Shown: positions 1-8,755 of the stretch, piece by piece
Position numbering within the stretch: the first letter of the stretch is position 1
Layout of the letters: each line of letters opens with the position of its first letter
Assembly: GCA_013166835.1 (NCBI GenBank)
Contig: JABLTI010000006.1
Location: forward strand, 1 to 54,650
Reading direction: 5' to 3'
Origin: Promethearchaeati archaeon
GTDB lineage: Archaea > Asgardarchaeota > Heimdallarchaeia > JABLTI01
DNA: 54,650 nt
The notes under the pieces: generated by a model
What the model saw: only the letters and a program-made list of their open reading frames with translations
Database searches by the model: none
Told to the model about the DNA's origin: nothing
Position numbers and translations under genes: made by a program

Positions 1-107
1 AGTGCTACTTTCTTTTCCTTTGCATATTCCTTGCATGTTTTGCATCTATTTGGTCCTCTGGCACAATGTATTTTAGCCATTCGTTTGAGCACATATTTTT
101 CAGTCAT
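1..107 (-). CDS. 5' part of a small hypothetical Cys-rich protein (runs off the window)
   Basis: Manual translation from ATG at 107: MTEKYVLKRMAKIHCARGPNRCKTCKEYAKEKKVA..., open to the window edge; HC-x6-CxxC could bind metal. Same strand as, and downstream of, the 403-aa ORF. Confidence 0.5.
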   Translation of the reverse strand, partial: MTEKYVLKRMAKIHCARGPNRCKTCKEYAKEKKVA

Positions 108-184
108 TTCTTCTCTAGCCTTTAAAATGCTATTAATAATAAAGAGAAAGGTGCTATAGAATTAATATCTTTTCGAGGTCTGAC

Positions 185-1396
185 TTATTTTCGGCTGTTT
201 TTTGTAAAAACCTGCACTATCCCTCGAGTCATACAGAACACTACAAAATTAGCCATTTTATCTAGTGTTGTGTTTACCTTATGAGTTATTTCCATGACTG
301 TTTTTGTCCCATCAAACTCAGCGTATGCTTTCCCAAATCCTTCAAAATACTTCTTTTGTAATTCTCCCTCGAATGATTCATATTCTTCTTGTTTTATCAA
401 TTTCTTTGGCATTAATTGATCGGCTTGAATCATTAATACGATTACTTCTTTTACCATGTGCTCTTTTACGTTTTTGATTATTCTTTGGTCTATTATCTCG
501 AGTGTTTTGTTCATTGCTTCATTATTGAAGTTTAGTCCTGCTTCGGTTAATGCTTCATTTAGTACATCTATTTCTTGTACTAATGATGGTATTTTTGTCA
601 AACCATTTTGTGTTGGGAATAGTATTGATGAGAATCTTAAGTTTGAAGTTGAGACTATTATTGCTTGTTTTCCTTTCAAACTCACCATAGTGAATTTTTG
701 TTTCTTTCTTGGAATGATTACTCCTTGCAAATACATATCACGAACTTGTAGGGCTATGTCCAGTGGATACATCTTGTTTCCTTCTATCCAATCTGGTAGG
801 AATGAGCTGTTTACTTTGTCTCCTTCAAAGTCTATGAATAAAATGCCTTCCCAATTTTCTGATAGTTTTCCGACATTTCTCTGTTTTTCTACTACAAGGT
901 CTTTGAATATTGTTCTGCTTCCACGAACTGCTGCTTTTTTCTTTCCTATATCCTGATATTCTAGCAAAACCCTATCAATTAGATCACAAAAGTTCACTGG
1001 ATTTCCATAGGAAGTTCGCACTGCGAATTTCAGCATCTTTACAATTTCATCTTGATATTCCAAATAATCAACAAGTGCTACTGCTACATCTATGAATTCT
1101 GTTTTATTGACTTTTCTAATTGCTCGTCCAACGATTAGTTCTTCGCCTGTTCTGGTAGTAACTTTATCAATTTGTGCATGAGAAATTCCGGTATAGAATT
1201 CCCCTAAATGAGCTAAACTTTTCAAAAATTCCAAGTATTCACTTTTTTCTTGTGTCAATTTGTTTATGTAAGCAATTGGTCCAAGAATTATATCGAATGT
1301 CACCAAGAAGACAGCTTTCACACCCATCTCTCTCAAAATTGGCTTGGAGAAAGTGGATATCTCTAATTCTTTTATGTGTTCTTCCTCATTGGACAT
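185..1396 (-). CDS. Longin/uDENN-like domain protein with C-terminal winged helix (NPRL2/folliculin-like architecture)
   Basis: 403-aa ORF with GGGGTGA SD-like site upstream. N-terminal VFLVTFDIILGP resembles the first strand/turn of uDENN and NPRL2 longin domains; C-terminal FDGTKTVMEIT...FCMTRGIV is a winged-helix pattern. Confidence 0.55.
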   Translation of the reverse strand: MSNEEEHIKELEISTFSKPILREMGVKAVFLVTFDIILGPIAYINKLTQEKSEYLEFLKSLAHLGEFYTGISHAQIDKVTTRTGEELIVGRAIRKVNKTEFIDVAVALVDYLEYQDEIVKMLKFAVRTSYGNPVNFCDLIDRVLLEYQDIGKKKAAVRGSRTIFKDLVVEKQRNVGKLSENWEGILFIDFEGDKVNSSFLPDWIEGNKMYPLDIALQVRDMYLQGVIIPRKKQKFTMVSLKGKQAIIVSTSNLRFSSILFPTQNGLTKIPSLVQEIDVLNEALTEAGLNFNNEAMNKTLEIIDQRIIKNVKEHMVKEVIVLMIQADQLMPKKLIKQEEYESFEGELQKKYFEGFGKAYAEFDGTKTVMEITHKVNTTLDKMANFVVFCMTRGIVQVFTKNSRK

Positions 1397-1815
1397 TCTA
1401 ATTCACCCCTTCGTTGGGCGTCGTTAAACGAGGAAAGATTGTTGTCCATCACTATTGGATGTTTTGATGATAATCGGCAACTATTTCCTCTTTGACTTTC
1501 GTTCTCAAATACTTTTGAACGTTTGTATTTTTTGTCGGAGACATATTGTTCAAGCTATACTCACAAGAGTTAGTTATATAACTAACTTTTTCTGCATTTT
1601 TTGTCGTCTTTTTTTTAAAAAAAAAACTTGCTTTCTTACAATTTTCTCTAGTATATACTTTGTTTTTCTTGTTTTTAAGGTTTGTAGAAAAATTATCCTT
1701 AGATTTTTGTCGGCAGATTGTTTTCTTTTCTTCATTAATATCTCGATATTGCGGATATTTATATTTTAGAAACTGACATATCTATATGATAGTATATTCA
1801 GAGGAGCGCGTACAC

Positions 1816-1968
1816 ATGCCAGTTGAATTGGACTATTGGGCTGAGAAATTACAGAGAGCTTATACAGAGCGTGATCATAAGAAAGAATATGTTCTCAAAG
1901 CTCCAACTAAGAAAGAATACTCTCAGTCAATAAAAAACAAAGCGTTCTCAATTTTTGAATTAGATTAG
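1816..1968 (+). CDS. Small hypothetical protein (50 aa)
   Basis: GAGGAG SD at 1801-1806 precedes ATG 1816 (MPVELDYWAEK...); no recognisable motif. Confidence 0.4.
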   Translation: MPVELDYWAEKLQRAYTERDHKKEYVLKAPTKKEYSQSIKNKAFSIFELD

Positions 1969-1981
1969 AAAGTACTTTTAC

Positions 1982-3643
1982 TTAGTGGAATTCTCTTTGA
2001 TCTTTTAATCGAGCAAATATAATTTTGCAGATGCTTTTATCTATATCCTCTTTATTATCATCTGACGCTTTCAAACCGATTTTTCCTAATTCTGCGATTA
2101 ATAGTGTGGTGGATTCACTTTCTGTTAATAGCAAACCTAATTCCAAGGATAATTTCTTTAACAATTTTGCTCCTGCTACAAGTTCCTCTGGATTATTAAA
2201 CAACTCTTTCAGGTATTCATCTCGAACTATTATCCACAAATCCTTCTCAGAAGCTTCTTTTAGTTTTTGTCTTATATTTACTTCGGTGGTTAATTTCTGT
2301 GCATCATTTTCTTTTGCTATAGCGTTTTCAACCTTAACTGCCAAAGCAGGATCATTTTCGATGATTTTCCCTATTTCTATTCTTAAATCCTCTCCAGTAG
2401 AATACATATCCATAATTGTTTCTTCTAATAATCTTAGTACCTTTTCGTCTACACTTAAACCAGGATATTCTTTTGCTCCTACAGGTGATAATCTATACAT
2501 TAATTGGACATCAAATTTCTTTAACAGTTTTGCTACATTCATCTGTGTGATTCCAAATTCATTCAATATTCTCTCGTAAAACTCCTTTGCAAAATAGGAG
2601 GGTTTCTGTTTATGTGTTTTAGTCGCGATATCGAAGTTCTCTCTCACAAGTTCACGTATTGTAGTTTGTACCTTGTCGACAGATAAACCTTCAACATTGG
2701 TTATTGTAAGTGCAATTTTATCATCTATTATGGCATCTTTTTTCGTTGCAACTCCTGAACTGCCTTCTTTCTTTTCTCCATTTGAAAACTTCATTAGATA
2801 TTCGATATTTGATTTCAAATCCAATGCTTCATATTCCATAATGAGTCTATTCTCTAGAATTAATTCAGAAGCAATACGCCAATTCATTTGTGTTCTATCT
2901 TTTTTACTAATTTTGAGATGTTTTTTAATCGTTTCATATTCTTGTATTGCTTTATTTGCCCACCCTTTACTTTCTAGTTCTGAAAGAATGAATTCAATTG
3001 AGTCTATATTTGCACCAAATCTATTATATAGCTCTTCAATTATTACTTCCCCTTTCTCTCTAGCTTTTTGGCGCATATAGCAAATGATACTTACAGCAGC
3101 ATCATAGAAATTAGCTCTTTTATGGTCTTGCACCCAGGAGAACAACATTGGTTTGATTGCTTCTGCTGTTATATAGGCTCTTTCAATAATATACAGAGCA
3201 GAATCTTCTTTTTCTCCTGCTAAATCGCCAAAAAGAGATTGATCTAAAGTGATGAGTTTTGTTACTCTTTTTAATAATTTCTTTGGAAAATCATTGGAAA
3301 CATATTTTATCCAAAATCCTTCTTCCATGGAGAATCGGATTAGAAATGAATAAATGTCAGGTAATTCGTATTTTGCTTCCTTTAATCGGCTTATCTCGTT
3401 TTTAAAGTAATTTGCGGATAATTTTCGAGGGATATCATATTCAAATTCAAGGACAAAAACAACTTTTGCTATTTCATCTTGTAATTTGAATTCTTTAACG
3501 ATATCTTTTATCTCATTGTCAGGAACTACTACTGTGCGTTCTAGAATTCGATCTTGGTCAGCTGTTTTGATTTTATTGAACGCTTCCACTGCTTCTCTTA
3601 AAACCTCTTGACTTGCAAGGTCACCAAGATCACGTTCCAACAT
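1982..3643 (-). CDS. Hypothetical alpha-helical protein (553 aa)
   Basis: Long ORF with GGAG upstream; charged, helical composition; no motif recognised. Confidence 0.8.
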   Translation of the reverse strand: MLERDLGDLASQEVLREAVEAFNKIKTADQDRILERTVVVPDNEIKDIVKEFKLQDEIAKVVFVLEFEYDIPRKLSANYFKNEISRLKEAKYELPDIYSFLIRFSMEEGFWIKYVSNDFPKKLLKRVTKLITLDQSLFGDLAGEKEDSALYIIERAYITAEAIKPMLFSWVQDHKRANFYDAAVSIICYMRQKAREKGEVIIEELYNRFGANIDSIEFILSELESKGWANKAIQEYETIKKHLKISKKDRTQMNWRIASELILENRLIMEYEALDLKSNIEYLMKFSNGEKKEGSSGVATKKDAIIDDKIALTITNVEGLSVDKVQTTIRELVRENFDIATKTHKQKPSYFAKEFYERILNEFGITQMNVAKLLKKFDVQLMYRLSPVGAKEYPGLSVDEKVLRLLEETIMDMYSTGEDLRIEIGKIIENDPALAVKVENAIAKENDAQKLTTEVNIRQKLKEASEKDLWIIVRDEYLKELFNNPEELVAGAKLLKKLSLELGLLLTESESTTLLIAELGKIGLKASDDNKEDIDKSICKIIFARLKDQREFH

Positions 3644-3825
3644 TTGCTTGTTTTACTCCGTTTATTTGAGTTTTTTACATTCATTTGCTATTACCAATTC
3701 CTCTAAAATAGCAAGTATACTTTTTCAATTACTTAACTAATTGTAAGGTAATTTTAAAATACAAATGGTATCGGCAAATTGCTCTTGTTATGGAATATAT
3801 TTGATGAAAACAGCTAAAAAAGTGA

Positions 3826-4098
3826 TTAGTCAAAAATCTCTGATTGTTCTTCTTTGACATTCTCTTCTTTATTCTTTTGTTTTTCTTCTTCTTCACTTTT
3901 TCTGGAAAAATAAATCACTACAAAGAAGAATCCACAACCAAGGAGAAAGACTCCAAAAACAATCCAGAGTGTTACTTCAAGAAGTGCTAGAACAATAGCT
4001 AGAACCCAACAGAGTATTATAACTACTAGCATCAGATCGAAAACCAAAGCTAAACCGACATCTTTTGCATCTTCTTTTAGTGTAGACATTTCTCTCAC
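3826..4098 (-). CDS. Small two-TM membrane protein with charged C-tail
   Basis: Two hydrophobic stretches followed by RKSEEEEKQK; the true start may be the downstream ATG (MSTLKE). Confidence 0.65.
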   Translation of the reverse strand: MREMSTLKEDAKDVGLALVFDLMLVVIILCWVLAIVLALLEVTLWIVFGVFLLGCGFFFVVIYFSRKSEEEEKQKNKEENVKEEQSEIFD

Positions 4099-4249
4099 TT
4101 CACCTACTGATAGGTTTGTTAGTGTTTATTGCTTTTTTAGTTTTTGCCAAGAATTAAAATTAACTCTAGAATGCTACTTTTAAGCAACAAAATTTTAAAT
4201 TCCTATGTTGTAATATTATTAGTTTATTAGATATAAACAGGAGATAATA

Positions 4250-4930
4250 ATGTACCAATATTTCATTGCACCCATTATTGGATATCTATTGGGTTCTATA
4301 CCTTTTGCATGGTTAATTGTGAAACTCGTTACAGGAAAAGATGTTCGCAAAGAAGGTTCAGGTTCTGTTAGCACAAGAAATACTGTCCGAACGGCTGGTT
4401 ATTTCTGGGCAATTCTAACAGCTTCTCTTGATGTTACCAAAGGATTTCTTGCTGCGTTTCTGGTACGATTTTATTTTACTCAACTACCAGTGGCATTATC
4501 TGATGATATGTCAATCTTATGTACTGCCCTTGCAGGAATAGGAGCATTTGCTGGACATTTATGGATGCCCTGGTTAGGATTCAAAGGTGGAAAAGGATTC
4601 GCCGTTTTTTCAGGAGCATTAATTGTGCTTAATCCATATGGAATTTTAGTTTGGTGGTTAAGTCTTCCAATTTTCCTAATTATTATCAGATACAGCTATC
4701 TTGGAGGATTAAGTGCAACCATATCTGCAGCTCTTTTAGGTATGTTCTTCTTCATTTTCGGGCATGCAAATGGAATCCCTAATGACTATTGGAGTGATTG
4801 GGGTGTTATGGTTCATGGTTTTGGATGTGTCGTTGTGCTTTTACTCCGGCTGATTCCTGATTTCAAAGCTATGAAAGCAGGCGAAATCAAACGCTGGTCC
4901 GGTATGAAAGTTTCACAATGGATGCGGTAA
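4250..4930 (+). CDS. plsY: PlsY-family (glycerol-3-phosphate acyltransferase-like) membrane protein, divergent motifs
   Basis: GYLLGSIPF, DVRKEGSG, LDVTKG and GH...FKGGKG motifs typical of PlsY; AGGAG SD. Confidence 0.85.
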   Translation: MYQYFIAPIIGYLLGSIPFAWLIVKLVTGKDVRKEGSGSVSTRNTVRTAGYFWAILTASLDVTKGFLAAFLVRFYFTQLPVALSDDMSILCTALAGIGAFAGHLWMPWLGFKGGKGFAVFSGALIVLNPYGILVWWLSLPIFLIIIRYSYLGGLSATISAALLGMFFFIFGHANGIPNDYWSDWGVMVHGFGCVVVLLLRLIPDFKAMKAGEIKRWSGMKVSQWMR

Positions 4931-5015
4931 AAGATAAAAACAGAAATTAGCAGTTTGTTTACTGCTTTTTTCTTCACTTTATTCTGAGAAGAAATTTGAG
5001 CATTTTACTATCAAT

Positions 5016-7022
5016 TTATTTAGTTTTCATGATTCTATCATGAGCTTTCTTATTTTTAGGCAATGTAAATTTAAATGTCGAACCTTTGTTTTTTCCATCT
5101 GATTCAGCTAATACTGTGCCCCCGTGAGCTTCTACAAGGCTTTTCACCACAGCTAATCCTAAACCCGAGCCAGGACTTTTCGGATCTACTTTTACATATT
5201 GTTCAAAAATTCGTTTCAAATCTTTCTTGTATATTCCTAATCCGTTATCAATCACTGAAATTTCTATGAAATCTTTATTCAGATTCTTTGCAATAATTCG
5301 AATATTACTATCTTTTTCTGTGAATTTAATCGCATTAAGAACTAGATTCTTAATTATTCTTACAACTTGTTCTTTGTCGCACCAGGCACTTAATTTATCT
5401 GGAATATCGTGTGACACAATGAATCCCTTGTCTATTATTACAGATCCAACAGCAGTTAGAGAATCAGATACAATGGCTCTTAGTTGGTATTGTTTGTGTT
5501 TCAGTGTGTATCCTTGAGTTTCTAAGGTGGAATGATCCATGATTTCGAGAATACTTCGTGAAACATTTGCTAGATTGTTTCGTAAGTATTCAATGGTTCC
5601 AAATACTTCATCACCAAGCTCTCCCAACTGTCCTAAGAGTATTTGATCTAATAATTCTTTTGAGCTTCTTAATGGATCCAGTAATCCTGTTGAGGTTACC
5701 TCCATGAAATTTGAGCGCTCTCTATTTACTTCTTGGAGTTTTTCGTTAAGCTCTTCTAGTTTTACATAAGAAGTTGTTAGCTCTTCTTCTTGTAATGCAA
5801 GCTTTGTTACATCTTCACATAGTGCTAGGATCTCTGTGATTTCTCCTTCCTTATTAGCCATAGGAACGACTTTCAAACTTATAATTGTGAATGGCTGAGG
5901 GAATTTTACGTCTACGTTTTTTATCTTTAATCGATTAACATCCACTTTTTCTCCAGATAAACCCTTTTTGAATAATTTAATCAAGGAAACTGGAAAAGCA
6001 GCTTTTTGTTTGTCTTTCTTGCCTTTTATGATATCAGCACCAACAAGATCATTTCTTTTCTTCTCTGCCATAATTTCAACTAAAGGATTCAAACCAGTCA
6101 ATATGCCCTTAGAATTAATTGTTAAAATCGCAATTGGGGAATTTTCTATGATATTGTCTAATTCTTGTCTTGTTCTTCTGAATTTCTCTTCAGGAACTAA
6201 GGCACTAAAGAGTGCTGAATGTAATTTATACATGTCTGGAACAGAGGTTAATTGTTCATCTCCGATTGCTATTGTTGGTAATGACATTATATCGTATTTT
6301 TCAGCTAGTTCAGGTTCCTCATCAATATCCACTTTTCTATAAGTAATTTTTCCACTATAGGATGCTAAAACTTCTTGAAGTACTTCCTCTGCTGGTGCAC
6401 AGTACACACAGTCTTTTGAAGTGAAAAGGTAGATTTCTGTGTAAATGGTAGTTGTATCAGCAATAATAGATGCTAGTTGTTCATAAAGTTCGAGGAGATT
6501 ATTATATAGTGTTTGCAATTCCATATTTTTATTACGCAATTCTCTTTCGACAATTTTCCGATCGCTAATGTCAGTTATAATAGCATATGTTCCAATAGAT
6601 TCCCCATCAGGACCTAATATTGGTGTTCCGCTAATTAGCACCGGAATTTTCGAACCTAATTTTGATCTGAAAGAAATTTCATACTGTGATGTTTTCTTTT
6701 CGGTAAATCTTTTTTCTGATTCTCGACTTACTCGAGCACGATCTGATTCCATAACTATGTCAATGGAATTCATACCAAGTAATTCATCTTCCTTGTACCC
6801 AAGCATTTTGCAGATTTTTGGATTAACATAGATTATGTTGAGATTCATATCAGAGGCTACGATTCCTTCAGGCATAGTATCAACTAAAGTCTTGTACCAT
6901 CCACTAGAAGTGAGGATCTTTTCCAAAATAGGATGAGTCTTGAAATCACTCTCTCTATTTATATCGGATTTCACTATTGGTAGCTCCGGGTACAAAACAT
7001 AGAGTACATTGAATATACTCAC
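5016..7022 (-). CDS. PAS - thioredoxin - PAS - histidine kinase-like protein (phosphoacceptor His apparently absent)
   Basis: PAS/PAC (YVNPKICKMLGY...DISDRK); thioredoxin fold (CVYC...VDIDEEPELAEKYDIMSLPT); second PAS; HATPase_c boxes (NLVLNAIKF, DNGLGI, GSGLGLAVVK). H-box reads FMEVTSTGLLDPL. Confidence 0.85.
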   Translation of the reverse strand: MSIFNVLYVLYPELPIVKSDINRESDFKTHPILEKILTSSGWYKTLVDTMPEGIVASDMNLNIIYVNPKICKMLGYKEDELLGMNSIDIVMESDRARVSRESEKRFTEKKTSQYEISFRSKLGSKIPVLISGTPILGPDGESIGTYAIITDISDRKIVERELRNKNMELQTLYNNLLELYEQLASIIADTTTIYTEIYLFTSKDCVYCAPAEEVLQEVLASYSGKITYRKVDIDEEPELAEKYDIMSLPTIAIGDEQLTSVPDMYKLHSALFSALVPEEKFRRTRQELDNIIENSPIAILTINSKGILTGLNPLVEIMAEKKRNDLVGADIIKGKKDKQKAAFPVSLIKLFKKGLSGEKVDVNRLKIKNVDVKFPQPFTIISLKVVPMANKEGEITEILALCEDVTKLALQEEELTTSYVKLEELNEKLQEVNRERSNFMEVTSTGLLDPLRSSKELLDQILLGQLGELGDEVFGTIEYLRNNLANVSRSILEIMDHSTLETQGYTLKHKQYQLRAIVSDSLTAVGSVIIDKGFIVSHDIPDKLSAWCDKEQVVRIIKNLVLNAIKFTEKDSNIRIIAKNLNKDFIEISVIDNGLGIYKKDLKRIFEQYVKVDPKSPGSGLGLAVVKSLVEAHGGTVLAESDGKNKGSTFKFTLPKNKKAHDRIMKTK

Positions 7023-7116
7023 AGAATTTTGACCATTTTTCTCAAATAAATCTTCTGCTTTAGTACTTTTCGACGAAATATTGCTTTTTTTGCTTAATAA
7101 AATTTATCCCGAGACT

Positions 7117-8751
7117 TTAATGGTCTTTCACTTTTCCATTACTTTCATCTTGTTTTATGCTTTTTTCAGTTCTTTTTTGCTGTTCGCCCCAAGCCCCTCC
7201 ACCAGGGGTTTCTATAACGATTAGTTCTTCTGCGTTCACTGTTGTGGTTGTTTTACCTGGTAAGATTATTTTTTTACCATCAGTTTTAATGACATAATAG
7301 ATTCCTTTCTTCCCGTCTTCTCCTCCGGCTAATCCCCAAGGAGCAGTTTTCTGTCTTTCACCCAATACACTAACTACAACAGGCACTTTAGTTCTGAATT
7401 GCCGTATAATTCCTAAACCACCGCGAAATCGACCATTTCCACAACTATCTTCTCTTAAAGCATACTTTTCAACAACCAGGGGATATCTAACTTCTATTTC
7501 TTCAATAGGAGTATTCATGGTATTTGTCATATGAGAGTGAATGCCATCTATTCCATCCTTTGTTGGGCGACCTCCCGCTCCTCCACCAATTGTCTCGTAA
7601 AATGTAAACGGTCTACCGGAGTGATCAGTTCCACCAATTATGAGATTGTTCATTGTTCCTTGAGAAGCTGCTGGAATTCTATCTGGCAATATCTTTGAAA
7701 ACGCTTTCAACAAAGTATCAACAATTCTTTGTGAAGTTTCTACGTTTCCACCCACAACTGCAGCAGGTGAACGAGCATTAAGAATGGTTCCTTCAGGAAC
7801 GATAACCGACAGATGTCTGTATAAACCTTCGTTAGCAGGGATCGTTGGATCAGTTATTGCTCGTAAAACATAGTAAGAACCTGAAAGAGTTACAGCATAA
7901 GGGCAGTTAATTGCGCCCTTTACTTGTTCTGAGGTACCAGTAAAATCAAAAGTAACATGCTTTCTTGTCATCTTTACATTAACAACTAATTCCACAAGAT
8001 CATCTACAATTCCATCTCCATCCATGTAGTCCTTCCCTTCAGCTTCGCGTTCAGGATAGCCACTCAAGATAGATAGAAATCTTCTTTCTGAGTAATTGAG
8101 TATATCATCTACTGCTAGTTTGTATGTTTTCATCCCTTTTTGGGTTATCAATTCTTGAAGTCTTTTCTCACCAGTCCAATTCGAGGATAATTGAGCCATT
8201 AGGTCACCTTTTCTAATCTTCGGAGTTCGAGAATTAGTCATAATAAAATTCAAGATGTCTTTACTTACCTCTCCTTTTGAGACCAATTTAACAGGAGGTA
8301 TTCTTAATCCTTCTTGGAATATTTCTGTTGCATTTCCTGGCATAGATCCAGGAGCCATTCCACCAATATCATTGTGATGCGCTCTACTCACAGAATAACC
8401 TGCAAGAACGTCTTTGAAGAAAATGGGAGTTATAATTGTAATGTCAGGTAAATGTGTTCCTCCCAAGTATGGATCATTCAATATAAACGAATCACCAGGA
8501 TAAATCTCCCCCTCGAATTTCTTTTCAATACTCCTAACAGCAATTGGCATTGCCCCTAAGTGGACAGGTATGTGTTCTGCTTGGGCGATCATTCTTCCCT
8601 TATAATCAAATAAAGCACAGCTGTGATCCATTCGTTCTTTGATGTTTGTGCTATAGGCTGCATTTCTTAAGATAATACCCATTTCTTCAGCAATGTATTC
8701 TAATCCCCCACGAATAACTTCTCGAGTAATTACATCAACGTTCATTGTCAC
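7117..8751 (-). CDS. hyuB: Hydantoinase B / 5-oxoprolinase subunit
   Basis: AAYSTNIKERMDHSCALFD, HIPVHLGAM, NDPYLGGTHLPD, YETIGGGAG, TPGGGAWG motifs. Confidence 0.93.
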   Translation of the reverse strand: MTMNVDVITREVIRGGLEYIAEEMGIILRNAAYSTNIKERMDHSCALFDYKGRMIAQAEHIPVHLGAMPIAVRSIEKKFEGEIYPGDSFILNDPYLGGTHLPDITIITPIFFKDVLAGYSVSRAHHNDIGGMAPGSMPGNATEIFQEGLRIPPVKLVSKGEVSKDILNFIMTNSRTPKIRKGDLMAQLSSNWTGEKRLQELITQKGMKTYKLAVDDILNYSERRFLSILSGYPEREAEGKDYMDGDGIVDDLVELVVNVKMTRKHVTFDFTGTSEQVKGAINCPYAVTLSGSYYVLRAITDPTIPANEGLYRHLSVIVPEGTILNARSPAAVVGGNVETSQRIVDTLLKAFSKILPDRIPAASQGTMNNLIIGGTDHSGRPFTFYETIGGGAGGRPTKDGIDGIHSHMTNTMNTPIEEIEVRYPLVVEKYALREDSCGNGRFRGGLGIIRQFRTKVPVVVSVLGERQKTAPWGLAGGEDGKKGIYYVIKTDGKKIILPGKTTTTVNAEELIVIETPGGGAWGEQQKRTEKSIKQDESNGKVKDH

Positions 8752-8755
8752 ATTT

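Noticed and set aside
1452-1544. 30-codon minus-strand ORF (MSPTKNTNVQKYLR...) upstream of the longin gene
   Set aside because: Too short, with no SD site or motif to distinguish it from chance.
1455-1769. 104-aa Phe-rich ORF and T8-A10 homopolymer in an intergenic region
   Set aside because: Low-complexity AT-rich promoter-type DNA; no evidence for coding or phase variation.
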